Positions 21,332-31,495 of a DNA stretch of 64,000 nt are shown one piece after another. The DNA is taken from assembly GCA_963827165.1 (NCBI GenBank), contig CAWGZR010000009.1, positions 160,001 to 224,000 on the forward strand. The letters run 5' to 3'. The position numbers and the translations under genes were made by a program. The stretch is from Candidatus Bathyarchaeota archaeon (GTDB taxonomy: Archaea > Thermoproteota > Bathyarchaeia > Bathyarchaeales > Bathycorpusculaceae). Position 1 is the first letter of the stretch, and every line of letters starts with the position of its first letter. The notes beneath the pieces are model-generated. The model did not search any database and was not told where the DNA came from. It saw only the letters and a list, made by a program, of their open reading frames with translations.

Positions 21332-22180
21332 TTAAGCGTACAATCCTATCGAAACTGATACTTGCCCAACGTAAAGCTGCACGGTTGAATCAAGATTGCT
21401 AACGGTTTGGGTGGTGCTTTTGAATGGGAAGAAACTTGAGTCGAAACCTTTGGAAGCCAAGGGGAACCCCGTGGTGATGGTTACCTGGGTGATACTGCTT
21501 TTCAGGTATTGGTTAACAGTTTGGCAGATCAATGTGACGGACTGTGAGTGTCCTGGACTTGTGCCGCTTTCAAGGAGGGGCATGTAGAATTCGGTGTAAC
21601 TTTGGCCACCCACCTCGGTAGTCATCATCCTAATCGTGGGGACTACAACTATTCGAAGGAAGTTTCCATCGCTCATAGGAAGCTTTTCGATTGAATACGC
21701 ATAGCTGTCGGGAGCAGCTGAACCGGTCTGCAGAAACTCATTGTTCGATGATCCGATGGGTTCAACGTAGTTTTTACCAAGCGAATACTCGGCGGTAGGC
21801 ACATTGTACAGAATTATGCCAGTTTGCAAAGTTGTAGTGTTCACCAAGGTTCCGCCGCTGTACATATTGACAGTGTAGGTCAAGGCCCCTGGCAAAATCT
21901 GAAGGCTCCCATAGGTGCTTGAATACTGGATTGTTTGGGCTCTACCAATCATCCAAGCAACGTTGTCGATTTGGAGTCCAGTGGTAAGCATAAACTGCTG
22001 GTTGGTACTGAACTCGTTTTGTGCGATGCTTGAGGTAAGATAGTTTTGTCCATAAGACATGGCTACAAGAACCAATACTATGATTGCAGCAGTCATGATT
22101 ATGGTGGAGATGGCGGGGCTGAGGGCTCTGCTGTCTTTATGCAGTACCTTTCTTTTTCCCCAATTTTTAGTTGACACCAT
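21332..22180 (-). CDS. Archaeal type IV pilin
   Basis: Basic leader then RA|LSPAISTIIM, a classic class III signal peptide. Confidence 0.8.
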   Translation of the reverse strand: MVSTKNWGKRKVLHKDSRALSPAISTIIMTAAIIVLVLVAMSYGQNYLTSSIAQNEFSTNQQFMLTTGLQIDNVAWMIGRAQTIQYSSTYGSLQILPGALTYTVNMYSGGTLVNTTTLQTGIILYNVPTAEYSLGKNYVEPIGSSNNEFLQTGSAAPDSYAYSIEKLPMSDGNFLRIVVVPTIRMMTTEVGGQSYTEFYMPLLESGTSPGHSQSVTLICQTVNQYLKSSITQVTITTGFPLASKGFDSSFFPFKSTTQTVSNLDSTVQLYVGQVSVSIGLYA

Positions 22181-22194
22181 TTTTTCCGCTCCAA

Positions 22195-23925
22195 TCAAAG
22201 CTTCACAAACATTGGAATCAATTTAGCAGCGATCACAGCGATGACTACTAGAATTGCGGCATGTTTGAATCCTGCAGCAATAGATTCCTCACTGATTTTT
22301 CCGCCAACTATGCCGATTAGGTAACTGTTGAAGATCACTGAAGTAAGGAATATTTCCTGTGCAAGACCCTTGGCTGCTGCGGCTTGCGCCGAAACACCTG
22401 TGGTTGTAGTTACACCGAAGCCGGTGGTGAAATTCAGCATCATCGTAGTTGTGGCGACTAGAAGAATCGAGGCAAGATATGGCATCATTACGTATGGTCG
22501 AACTGACATTTTCTTTTCTCTGTCGACCTCGGCAGTCAGATTGTTGAAGTTAGCTAATGATTCAATCATCGAGATGGTCCCGCCGCCCACATCCACGGTT
22601 TCCACCAGCAGAAACATCACTATCTGAACGATCCAGCTCTTTGTTCTATGCAGGAAATCCATCATAACTCTCTTCAACGGTATACCCCAGGAGATTTCGG
22701 CGCTGATTTTCCTCAGCTCTTTACTGAAAGCCCCGTAATCACGCTTGGATAGGCTTTCGATGCATTTTTCAGGTGAAAGCCCTGTTTTTCGGACTTCAGT
22801 TAAGTCCCGCAGAAAGCTTGTGACGCCCGACTCCATGCTAGCCTGCTTCTTAGCCATACGCATGTGTACTATTCCAGGTGGCGCTGCGGAGATACAAAGC
22901 GCAGCCGCTATGGCTATGGGTATATCAAGACCCCATCCAATCAGAGTAGTGAATAAGGGCAGCCGTACCGTCCCCAAAAAGTTGGTGCAGAGCAGGAACA
23001 CGAATACGCCAACTACGGATGAAATTGCGAATACTTTGTAGGGCTTCATTTCAATTATGGGAGTCTTCGGTTGCATGCTGTGAGCTAAATAAATGAACAT
23101 CACCGACATCAACGGCGTAAAGAGGTAGGTGTACATGAGTATCCCCGAGAAAGTCGACAGGCTTGTCCCAGCCGCAGCGGAACCGCCTTGAATCTGCTGC
23201 ACAGCGAACAAAATGTAGAAGCAAAGCGACATCATGACCATGACGATAATGAAGGTTTCCAGCAGCATCCCGAGGCGTTCAGCAGCGGCTTTAACGCGTA
23301 GCGCACGGGTTTTGAATATGTCTTCTGCTTTGCGTTCAAGAAAGTGCCCTATGTCGCCGCCGATAATAACTGTTGAAGCGTAGCCGCCTAAGAAGTCTTT
23401 GAAGATGTCCAGCGGATTCTTTTTTGCAGCTTCTTCAAGGGCTGAGAGCGGATCAACGCCGAACACTTCCACATCTTTCATTATGTCCCTTGCTTCTTTA
23501 CGCATAGCAGGCATCAAGTCAACATCAGATAAACGCTTAAAACTGGTGTACGGCGCAATGCCGCCCGACGCCATAACGCTGATGTATGCTGCTGCGAAAG
23601 GCATCTCTCGCTCCAAGCCTGAAGCTCGGTCACTGGCGTTAGAGGTCGGCATGAATAAGAATGCAACTGCGATAAAAGCTGGAACTGGCACCAGAGCCAG
23701 CAAGGGTAAAACGTGAGTGAGTAGAGTAAGCACAATCCCTACCACTGAAATTGGAAGGGTTATCAAAACAGCTAGAAACATCATTGAAATGTATGTGTCA
23801 TGAAAAATTCTTACCCGTCCCTTCTCTAGTGAACCTTTGATCGGGTAAATGTGCTCTTGGAAATAAGGTGCAAATCGCCCGAAAAGGCGGTATGAAAGAG
23901 CCTCAAATTTTTGGAGCAGCGGCAA
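22195..23925 (-). CDS. Type IV pilus membrane platform protein (TadC/FlaJ, two T2SSF domains)
   Basis: EREMPFAA, GVDPLSALEE, FLRDLTE...TGLSP and IGIVGGKISE, with multiple TM helices. Confidence 0.92.
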   Translation of the reverse strand: MPLLQKFEALSYRLFGRFAPYFQEHIYPIKGSLEKGRVRIFHDTYISMMFLAVLITLPISVVGIVLTLLTHVLPLLALVPVPAFIAVAFLFMPTSNASDRASGLEREMPFAAAYISVMASGGIAPYTSFKRLSDVDLMPAMRKEARDIMKDVEVFGVDPLSALEEAAKKNPLDIFKDFLGGYASTVIIGGDIGHFLERKAEDIFKTRALRVKAAAERLGMLLETFIIVMVMMSLCFYILFAVQQIQGGSAAAGTSLSTFSGILMYTYLFTPLMSVMFIYLAHSMQPKTPIIEMKPYKVFAISSVVGVFVFLLCTNFLGTVRLPLFTTLIGWGLDIPIAIAAALCISAAPPGIVHMRMAKKQASMESGVTSFLRDLTEVRKTGLSPEKCIESLSKRDYGAFSKELRKISAEISWGIPLKRVMMDFLHRTKSWIVQIVMFLLVETVDVGGGTISMIESLANFNNLTAEVDREKKMSVRPYVMMPYLASILLVATTTMMLNFTTGFGVTTTTGVSAQAAAAKGLAQEIFLTSVIFNSYLIGIVGGKISEESIAAGFKHAAILVVIAVIAAKLIPMFVKL

Positions 23926-25636
23926 CTGTTTTTTCCTCCTCGCTCATTTGAATTTTCTCGTAAAATTCTTTAGGTCGTGCATAGTACTCTGAAATAATTC
24001 GCGCGACTTCTTTGTAGCTTCGGATTTTCTGTTGCCGCATCCAACGCAGAACCTCGCTTCGCCGCTTTGCCTCTGCAACCAAATCATCAGTTGTCTGGCC
24101 AACCTTTTTTGCGATTGAGTCAAACATCGGGCTTTTGTTCATGAAAGAAACTTGTTGATCTGCAATTGGATCCCAAGTGAATATGTTAACGTAGTTTTCG
24201 TAGCCCACGATTTCGTTGGTTGAAAGTATACGTCTGTAAGCCTTCTTCACACCGGACTTAACCAAGTGTACACGCTGAACCGAGATGACAACGTTCATCA
24301 GTGGAATGTATGCGGGAGAAATTTCCATTGGCTTCTGAGTTAACCTTTTCACAGCTGAATCCAAGTTCTCCGCGTGCATAGTACACATGCCACCGTGGCC
24401 TGTAGCTAGCGCCTGGAACAACACATATGCTTCTTGCCCTCGAACCTCGCCTACAATCAACATGTCAGGGCGATGTCTCATTGAAGCTTTTACCAAGTCG
24501 AAAAGAGGAACTTCACCGACGCTGTTTCCGCCCAATCCATAGCTTTGACGACTAATAAGTGAAACCCAGTTTTCGTGGGACAAGTTTAACTCAGCAGTTT
24601 CTTCAATCGTTATGATTTTGCTTCCTGGCTTGATAAGGCACGCCATAGCGTTCAACGCAGTAGTTTTACCCGCGGCTGTTCCCCCGAGAATCATGATTGA
24701 AGCACGATTTTCAAGGCATATCCAAAGGTAAGCGGCGAGTTCTTCAGTGAAGGTGCCTATGTTGATCAAGTCGATGATTGAGTAAGGGTCGTCTCGGAAT
24801 TTTCTGATGGTGAAGGCTGTGCCGAAAGGCGTGATTTCTCGGCGGTAACATACGGCTAAACGGTGTTTGCCTGGAAGCGATGCATCGACTATTGGGAAAG
24901 CGGAACTGACGTGTTTTCCCGCCATGTGGACAAGTTTTCCAACCATGTTATCGAGGATTTCATCGTTTTCAAATTGGACATTAGTCTCGATGCTTTCGAA
25001 TGTTCGGTGCCATATGTAGACTGACTTGTTAACTCCGTCGCAGGAAATGTCTTCAATGTTTGGGTCACGCATTAACGGGTCAATTTTGCCAAAGCCAACC
25101 AAATCGCGTTCCGCATGATAGAGAATTTTGTACCATGAAACATCAGGCAACCAGCCGAGGCTGATGCGGTATTTATCCACGATTTTCTTTGCTTCCGTTG
25201 CGAAAAATTTCCGCGGATCAGGGATTTCTTCTTTGGGCGAGTCGATCTCAGCCAGCAATATTTCTAGGACACGGTTGTATATTCCACGCTCAAAATTGTC
25301 TAGTTGCAGCTCATCCAAAATGTAGCGGTATTCGCCGGTTTTGGGGTCTTGAACAATGAAAACCTGACAAAACGGCTCGTAAAGAGAATATTTATCGACA
25401 ACTTTCAAGGATTTGGGCAGAGCTTTGTTTACAGTGGGAAGCTCTTGTTTAGGCATTTTCTTTTTGAAGATCGAGCCTAGTTTCGGCATTTTGAATTTGT
25501 TTTTGGATTTTTCGTTCTTGTTTTCTGTGGTTTTGTTTTCTTGAGGAGGCGCTTTTTGTTGTTTTGCGGGTTTTTTCTTTGGCTTTAGCTGTGTAAATTT
25601 TTGGTTTAGTTTTTCTTTTAGGCTTTGGTTGGGCAT
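23903..25636 (-). CDS. Type IV pilus assembly ATPase (VirB11/TadA/FlaI family)
   Basis: IEDISCDG, Walker A GGTAAGKTT, RHRPDMLIVGEVRG and ATGHGG. Confidence 0.95.
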   Translation of the reverse strand: MPNQSLKEKLNQKFTQLKPKKKPAKQQKAPPQENKTTENKNEKSKNKFKMPKLGSIFKKKMPKQELPTVNKALPKSLKVVDKYSLYEPFCQVFIVQDPKTGEYRYILDELQLDNFERGIYNRVLEILLAEIDSPKEEIPDPRKFFATEAKKIVDKYRISLGWLPDVSWYKILYHAERDLVGFGKIDPLMRDPNIEDISCDGVNKSVYIWHRTFESIETNVQFENDEILDNMVGKLVHMAGKHVSSAFPIVDASLPGKHRLAVCYRREITPFGTAFTIRKFRDDPYSIIDLINIGTFTEELAAYLWICLENRASIMILGGTAAGKTTALNAMACLIKPGSKIITIEETAELNLSHENWVSLISRQSYGLGGNSVGEVPLFDLVKASMRHRPDMLIVGEVRGQEAYVLFQALATGHGGMCTMHAENLDSAVKRLTQKPMEISPAYIPLMNVVISVQRVHLVKSGVKKAYRRILSTNEIVGYENYVNIFTWDPIADQQVSFMNKSPMFDSIAKKVGQTTDDLVAEAKRRSEVLRWMRQQKIRSYKEVARIISEYYARPKEFYEKIQMSEEEKTVAAAPKI

Positions 25637-25855
25637 GGTCGGTCAATCTTAGGTTCATGTTTTCACCTATTAAATATTATGTCTCAATACACACTAATGT
25701 CGAAGTGTTGAACGCAACTACACCAAAACCGCACAGGCAAAACAACCCTCACAAGCAACCGAATCTATGCAAACAAAACTAAGCAAATTCTTTAGTATGT
25801 TGCAAGCGCAGAAAATAAGAAATAAGAAAAAAATAAAAAGCTACTTTTTGATGAC

Positions 25856-26566
25856 TTATTCAAGTATTATTCTTGCATCGACGGTTTTTGCACCGCTTTG
25901 GTATGCGAGTACAGGGTTGAGGTCTAACTCTTTGATTTCAGGGTTGTCCATTACGAGACGCGACGTGCTCACGAGTATGGCGACTAGGGCGTCAATGTCT
26001 GCTGGAGGTGTGTTGCGGAAACCTTTCAGAAGCGGATAAGCTTTAAGCTGAGTAATCATTTCTTTGGCGTCGTCCGCGGTTATCGGGGCGATTCGGAAGT
26101 TTACGTCTTTTAGGACTTCAACAAAGATGCCTCCCAGGCCGAACATGATGGTTGGCCCAAACTGGGGATCTTTGATGGCTCCGACAATGGTTTCGGTCGA
26201 TGAGGGAGCCATTTCCTGAACGAGGATGCCAACGATTTTCGCGTTTGCGTTGTATTTTTTGACGTTTTCCAAGATTTTTTTGTAGGCATTTTGTACGTCG
26301 GAAGGGGTTTTTAGGTTAACCATGACGCCACCTGCATCAGATTTGTGGATGACGTCGGGTGAAACAATCTTTAGCACAACAGGGTAGCCGATTTCGTCAG
26401 CGTATTCTGCCGCTTGCTTCTCGTTTGAGGCAACTTTAAATTTGGTTACTGGGATGCCATAATCCATGCAGATCAGTTTGGCTTCGGATTCAAGAAGCGC
26501 GTGTCTGCCTTCAGCCTTTGCTTGGTTAATGATTTTTGTGGTTCGCTTCAAACTTGATACTTCCAC
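25856..26566 (-). CDS. acdB: ADP-forming acetate--CoA ligase, beta subunit
   Basis: GYPVVLKIVSPDVIHKSDAGGV, DPQFGP and ELDLNPV (ATP-grasp fold). Confidence 0.9.
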   Translation of the reverse strand: MEVSSLKRTTKIINQAKAEGRHALLESEAKLICMDYGIPVTKFKVASNEKQAAEYADEIGYPVVLKIVSPDVIHKSDAGGVMVNLKTPSDVQNAYKKILENVKKYNANAKIVGILVQEMAPSSTETIVGAIKDPQFGPTIMFGLGGIFVEVLKDVNFRIAPITADDAKEMITQLKAYPLLKGFRNTPPADIDALVAILVSTSRLVMDNPEIKELDLNPVLAYQSGAKTVDARIILE

Positions 26567-26755
26567 TACCTGTTAATCTTTCGTGTAGTGACATGACTCA
26601 TTGGTTTAAATTTGTTGCGATGCCAATGTTGCCTTCAAGAGATGAGTTCTTAAAATAAAACCTGCCCGTCAAGGGATTAAATCCACTTCGCTTGCAGGTT
26701 GGAAGCCCTAATCACGGACAAATGACGCTGGGTCATCATAATAGAAAAACCGTAC

Positions 26756-28348
26756 TTAAACGGGTAGTTTTCGTTTAGGCGGGGTGGCTTGTTTTTTCCG
26801 CGGCAAAAGCAGATATGCAGACGCTATAACGATGATCACCGATGCTGATATCCCCACGACGGTCAGGGTTGGGAAAGGCGCTATGTTGAAGTAAACTGTT
26901 TTTGAGTTGGAGAGACCATATTCGCCATTAACGTAAATCGTGATACGGTGTGAACCGTTGGCTAGAGCGGCTATAGTGACATTTCCGACTATTGTCACGT
27001 TTGCTTGCCCGTCTAAGCTATACGCTATATGGGTGGCATTCTGGTTCAGGTTAAAATCCAACTGAATGTCTGTGGACCCGTATGACTGGTTCATGGGCGT
27101 AATCATCGTGATGACTGGGGGAAGAGAATTGATTGAGAAGAAAACTCTGTTTGAGGAACCCATGTTGCCGGTGCTGTCGTTACAGTAAAGAATAATGTTG
27201 TGTTGTCCTTGGGTGAGATTGAAGAGTTGAATTTCGCTGCTTACTGTGATGTTCTTTTTGTTATCCAGGCTGTAACCCACCCAAGCGGCGACTCTATCAA
27301 CGGTGTAGGCTAAGGTTACTTTAGAGTATGTGCTGTTGCCGGGTGAGTTGATTTGAATTGTGGGCGGAGAAGTTCCGTAACCCACTGGCGTATACTGCTC
27401 GACTGTACTGAGCCAGTTTGTGCCATCGAACCCGCCGATTGCATATAAGACGTCATTTACGTTTGCAACGCCCAGGTACGCTCGATTGGTAGGCATTGAA
27501 GCTCCGTTTACCCATGAGTTGTTGAGTGCATCGTAAACTTGGACAATGTTGCTGAAAGAGTTAGTGTTGAATCCGCCGATGCAATAAAGCTTGGGAGGCG
27601 CCATAAAACCGGAGGTTGCTGCCGCGGCGGCGAAGGCGACTTCGGTAGGCAAGTTTGCTCCTATGCCCCAACTATTGGTTTGAGGGTTATACACTTGGTT
27701 GGAATTGAGGAAGTTGCCTGTTCCAGCCGTTCCAGCGCTCTTTGAGCCTCCGACAATGTAGATCTTGTCGTTGATTACTGCTGAAGCGTAGCCGTAAACA
27801 GACTGCGGCATGGGCGCTTGCGTGCTCCACGAGTTTGCGGTTGGATCGTATACTTCGGTGATGTTGCTTTCTACGTAGTACGGGTTTTTGCTTGAGTACT
27901 CCATTCCGCCGATAAGGTAGATTTTGCCGTTTGCCACCGTTGCGCTCAAGTCAGCTCGGGGAGTCGGCATTGAAGCTTCGGTTTGCCAAGTATCAGTAGC
28001 GGGGTCGTAGACCTCGTTGTTTCCAACAAACTCGCTGTTCCCCCCAAGTGGCCCGATAGTCCCGCCGATGCAGTAAATCTTTCCATTGTAAACTGCTACA
28101 GCGAAGCCGCTCCTTGCCGTCGGCATAGACGACATAGTTGTCCATGAGTTTAAGGCAGGTGTGTACTCTTCATTTGTGCCAAGTGGTAGATTACCGTTAA
28201 AGCCCCCGATTGCATAGATTTTTCCGTTGTCAACAGCCACGCCAAGTCCACCGCGGGCGGTTGGCATAGATGCGAGTGAAACCCATGAATTTTGGTTTTG
28301 GCTTGCTTCTGCTTTTGCAGGTGAGAAGGTGAAGGTGGGCAAAATCAT
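26756..28348 (-). CDS. Secreted Kelch-repeat protein with Ig-like domains and a C-terminal TM anchor
   Basis: Six Kelch repeats (SMPTAR...KIYAIGG) and two Ig-like repeats (YSLD.NIT). The signal peptide frame extends to about 28396. Confidence 0.85.
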   Translation of the reverse strand: MILPTFTFSPAKAEASQNQNSWVSLASMPTARGGLGVAVDNGKIYAIGGFNGNLPLGTNEEYTPALNSWTTMSSMPTARSGFAVAVYNGKIYCIGGTIGPLGGNSEFVGNNEVYDPATDTWQTEASMPTPRADLSATVANGKIYLIGGMEYSSKNPYYVESNITEVYDPTANSWSTQAPMPQSVYGYASAVINDKIYIVGGSKSAGTAGTGNFLNSNQVYNPQTNSWGIGANLPTEVAFAAAAATSGFMAPPKLYCIGGFNTNSFSNIVQVYDALNNSWVNGASMPTNRAYLGVANVNDVLYAIGGFDGTNWLSTVEQYTPVGYGTSPPTIQINSPGNSTYSKVTLAYTVDRVAAWVGYSLDNKKNITVSSEIQLFNLTQGQHNIILYCNDSTGNMGSSNRVFFSINSLPPVITMITPMNQSYGSTDIQLDFNLNQNATHIAYSLDGQANVTIVGNVTIAALANGSHRITIYVNGEYGLSNSKTVYFNIAPFPTLTVVGISASVIIVIASAYLLLPRKKQATPPKRKLPV

Positions 28349-28564
28349 CAGTACAATAATAAGCAGGGCTATTGAAATTTGATTATGCTTGCTTATTAGT
28401 ACCCCACCACATGCTGTTTACGTATTAATTAGCACATTATGCTTATAATGTTTAAAGAAATCGGTAAGGAAAAAAAGAAATAACGGATCAAACAGAATTG
28501 AACTCTTCGAAGACAATTTTTTGTTGGGGAAAAGTTTAATGGCTGTTTTAATGAACTAGTTTTT

Positions 28565-29029
28565 TTGAGGGCTTCTTTGTTGATTACCAAAGTCTTGGTC
28601 GCTGTTGATGGATCAAACAACTCTGACGTGGCGTTTGATTTAGCATTGGATTTTGCTGAAAAATTCGGCGCATCACTTATCGCACTGAACGTTTCTGAGG
28701 CAGTGGTTATGTCAGCGGTGCCTCAAGAAACAGTTGCTTACCCAAGCGGCAGCACCACTGTCATCACTAAGGATTTAAGAGCAATTCAAAACGAAATCAT
28801 AAGTAAATACGTAGAGCACGCTAGGGTAGTCAAACCCAACGTGTTAGTTTCAGGCTTAGCGAAAGAGGGAGATGCCGCCTTTGAAATTGTAAACACAGCA
28901 AAAGAAGACTGCTTCGACGTCATCGTTGTTGGGCATCGAGGGTTAGGCAAGACAAGCGAACGTTTCCTGGGCAGTGTAAGCGAAAAAGTGGCTCATTCTG
29001 CGCCATGCACGGTGATAATCGTGAAATAA
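28565..29029 (+). CDS. Universal stress protein
   Basis: KVLVAVDGS and VVGHRG...LGSVSEKVAHSAPCTV. Confidence 0.92.
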   Translation: MRASLLITKVLVAVDGSNNSDVAFDLALDFAEKFGASLIALNVSEAVVMSAVPQETVAYPSGSTTVITKDLRAIQNEIISKYVEHARVVKPNVLVSGLAKEGDAAFEIVNTAKEDCFDVIVVGHRGLGKTSERFLGSVSEKVAHSAPCTVIIVK

Positions 29030-29102
29030 CGAGAAATCGGCCACTCTCAAATTCTGGAGTAAGCGTGTTGGTTATATCCAAGCCTTAGATCTTGTTTCTT
29101 TT

Positions 29103-30014
29103 ATGATAACAGTAATAGGCGCTGGCAAAGTGGGAAGCACAGCTGCATTTGAGATTTTGCGTTATAAAATCAGTGATGTTGTCCTTATTGACTCGAACGA
29201 GAACCAAGCGAAAGGGGAAGCCTTGGATATGATGCAGGCTGCCCCCGCCATTGAGTTCGACGGTAAAATTACTGGGACCAGCGATTACGGGGCAATGCGG
29301 GGATCTGACCTTGTGATTGTGACCGCGGGATTCGGCAGAAGACCCGACATGACCCGCATCGATTTGATGAACACCAACGCAGGGATAATGCGGTCGATCG
29401 TTAGGGAGGTTGTCAAGTACGCGCCAGACTGCAAACTTATGATTGTGACAAATCCCGTGGACATTTTGACGTACGTAGCCTTCGAAGAATCAGGTTTTCC
29501 ACGCAGCCGTCTCTTCGGAATGGGCAACATCCTTGATACTATGCGTTTTCGCACCTACATCGCAGATGAATTGAAGGTCTCAAGAGAAGACACAAACGCC
29601 TTAGTGATCGGTGAACACGGCGATTCCATGGTTCCGCTCGTCGAGTACGCCTCAGTTTCAGGCGTTCCCATAACAAATTTTCTGACACAGGAGCAAATTG
29701 AAAAAATCGTGCATTTAACCGTGACTTCAGGAGCAGACGTAATTAAGCTCAAAGGCTCAACAATTTACGCTCCCGGCGCAGTCATCGCAACCACGGCGGA
29801 CGCAATCTTAACTGGAAGAAACAGAGTTATGAGTGTATCAACATGCCTTGACGGGGAATACGGGGCTTCACAGGTTTCGATCGGAGCGCCAGTTGTCCTG
29901 GGCAAAGAGGGTGTCGAAAGAATAATCGAGCTTGAATTATCTAGTCAGTCCCAGGGGCGATTCGAAAAGTCAGTTTCAACTGTCAAAGAAGCATTAACCA
30001 CGTTGAAAAGCTAA
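29103..30014 (+). CDS. mdh: Malate dehydrogenase (LDH-like)
   Basis: GAGKVG, TAGFGRRPDMTRIDL, VTNPVD, LDTMRF and GEHGDSM. Confidence 0.9.
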   Translation: MITVIGAGKVGSTAAFEILRYKISDVVLIDSNENQAKGEALDMMQAAPAIEFDGKITGTSDYGAMRGSDLVIVTAGFGRRPDMTRIDLMNTNAGIMRSIVREVVKYAPDCKLMIVTNPVDILTYVAFEESGFPRSRLFGMGNILDTMRFRTYIADELKVSREDTNALVIGEHGDSMVPLVEYASVSGVPITNFLTQEQIEKIVHLTVTSGADVIKLKGSTIYAPGAVIATTADAILTGRNRVMSVSTCLDGEYGASQVSIGAPVVLGKEGVERIIELELSSQSQGRFEKSVSTVKEALTTLKS

Positions 30015-30083
30015 TTTTGAACGATATATCTACCTATTGCGCAAAGAAAACCGAAGTAATGGAAGAAAATGAGAAAGGGTTAC

Positions 30084-30281
30084 CTAGCTGTGAATTTGTT
30101 TTGCTTGTGCACAGTAAAAGTTCCCGTTAATTCTCGTGAACGCCGGGCATTTGCCACCGTTGCAATGATCTAGCCACTGGCACGGCGATCTTACGTCGTA
30201 CACTCTTGGCATGTAATCTCTGGTGCTAAAAATTTCTTTGGTTTTTTGCCTTTTATTGATTTTATCAAAGACTGATTCCAT
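30084..30281 (-). CDS. Small hypothetical protein with four Cys
   Basis: 65-aa ORF filling the intergenic gap, with C-x5-C-x4-C-x11-C spacing. Confidence 0.5.
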   Translation of the reverse strand: MESVFDKINKRQKTKEIFSTRDYMPRVYDVRSPCQWLDHCNGGKCPAFTRINGNFYCAQAKQIHS

Positions 30282-30561
30282 AAAAATGCCTTCAAAATTT
30301 GCTTTTTAGCTTGAGTATGTAGTGCTAACTTGTCATTATTAAAAATGTGTTGCATCTTGTGTGCTACAACAAAAGCATATAAGCTCTAACAAGCCGAAAA
30401 AGCAAGCAGATGCCCGCTTATTAAAACCTCCAAATCCATTTTGGTCAACCAAAAACCGCAAAAATTTTGTTTCAATTCTTTCAAAGAAACGCAGATTTAC
30501 CAAATCCAAAAAATTGGTAACGGAAAGTCATAATTATAAGAAGAGAGCTTTCTTGATTTAG

Positions 30562-31491
<930 letters not shown>

Positions 31492-31495
31492 TTTT

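Noticed and set aside
13268-25636. Archaellum locus
   Set aside because: No archaellin, FlaH, FlaF/G or che genes were recognised.
25449-25658. Separate basic ORF overlapping the ATPase 5' end
   Set aside because: It is an alternative frame of a Lys-rich region. Its ATG has a GGTGA RBS and may be the true ATPase start offset by an indel.
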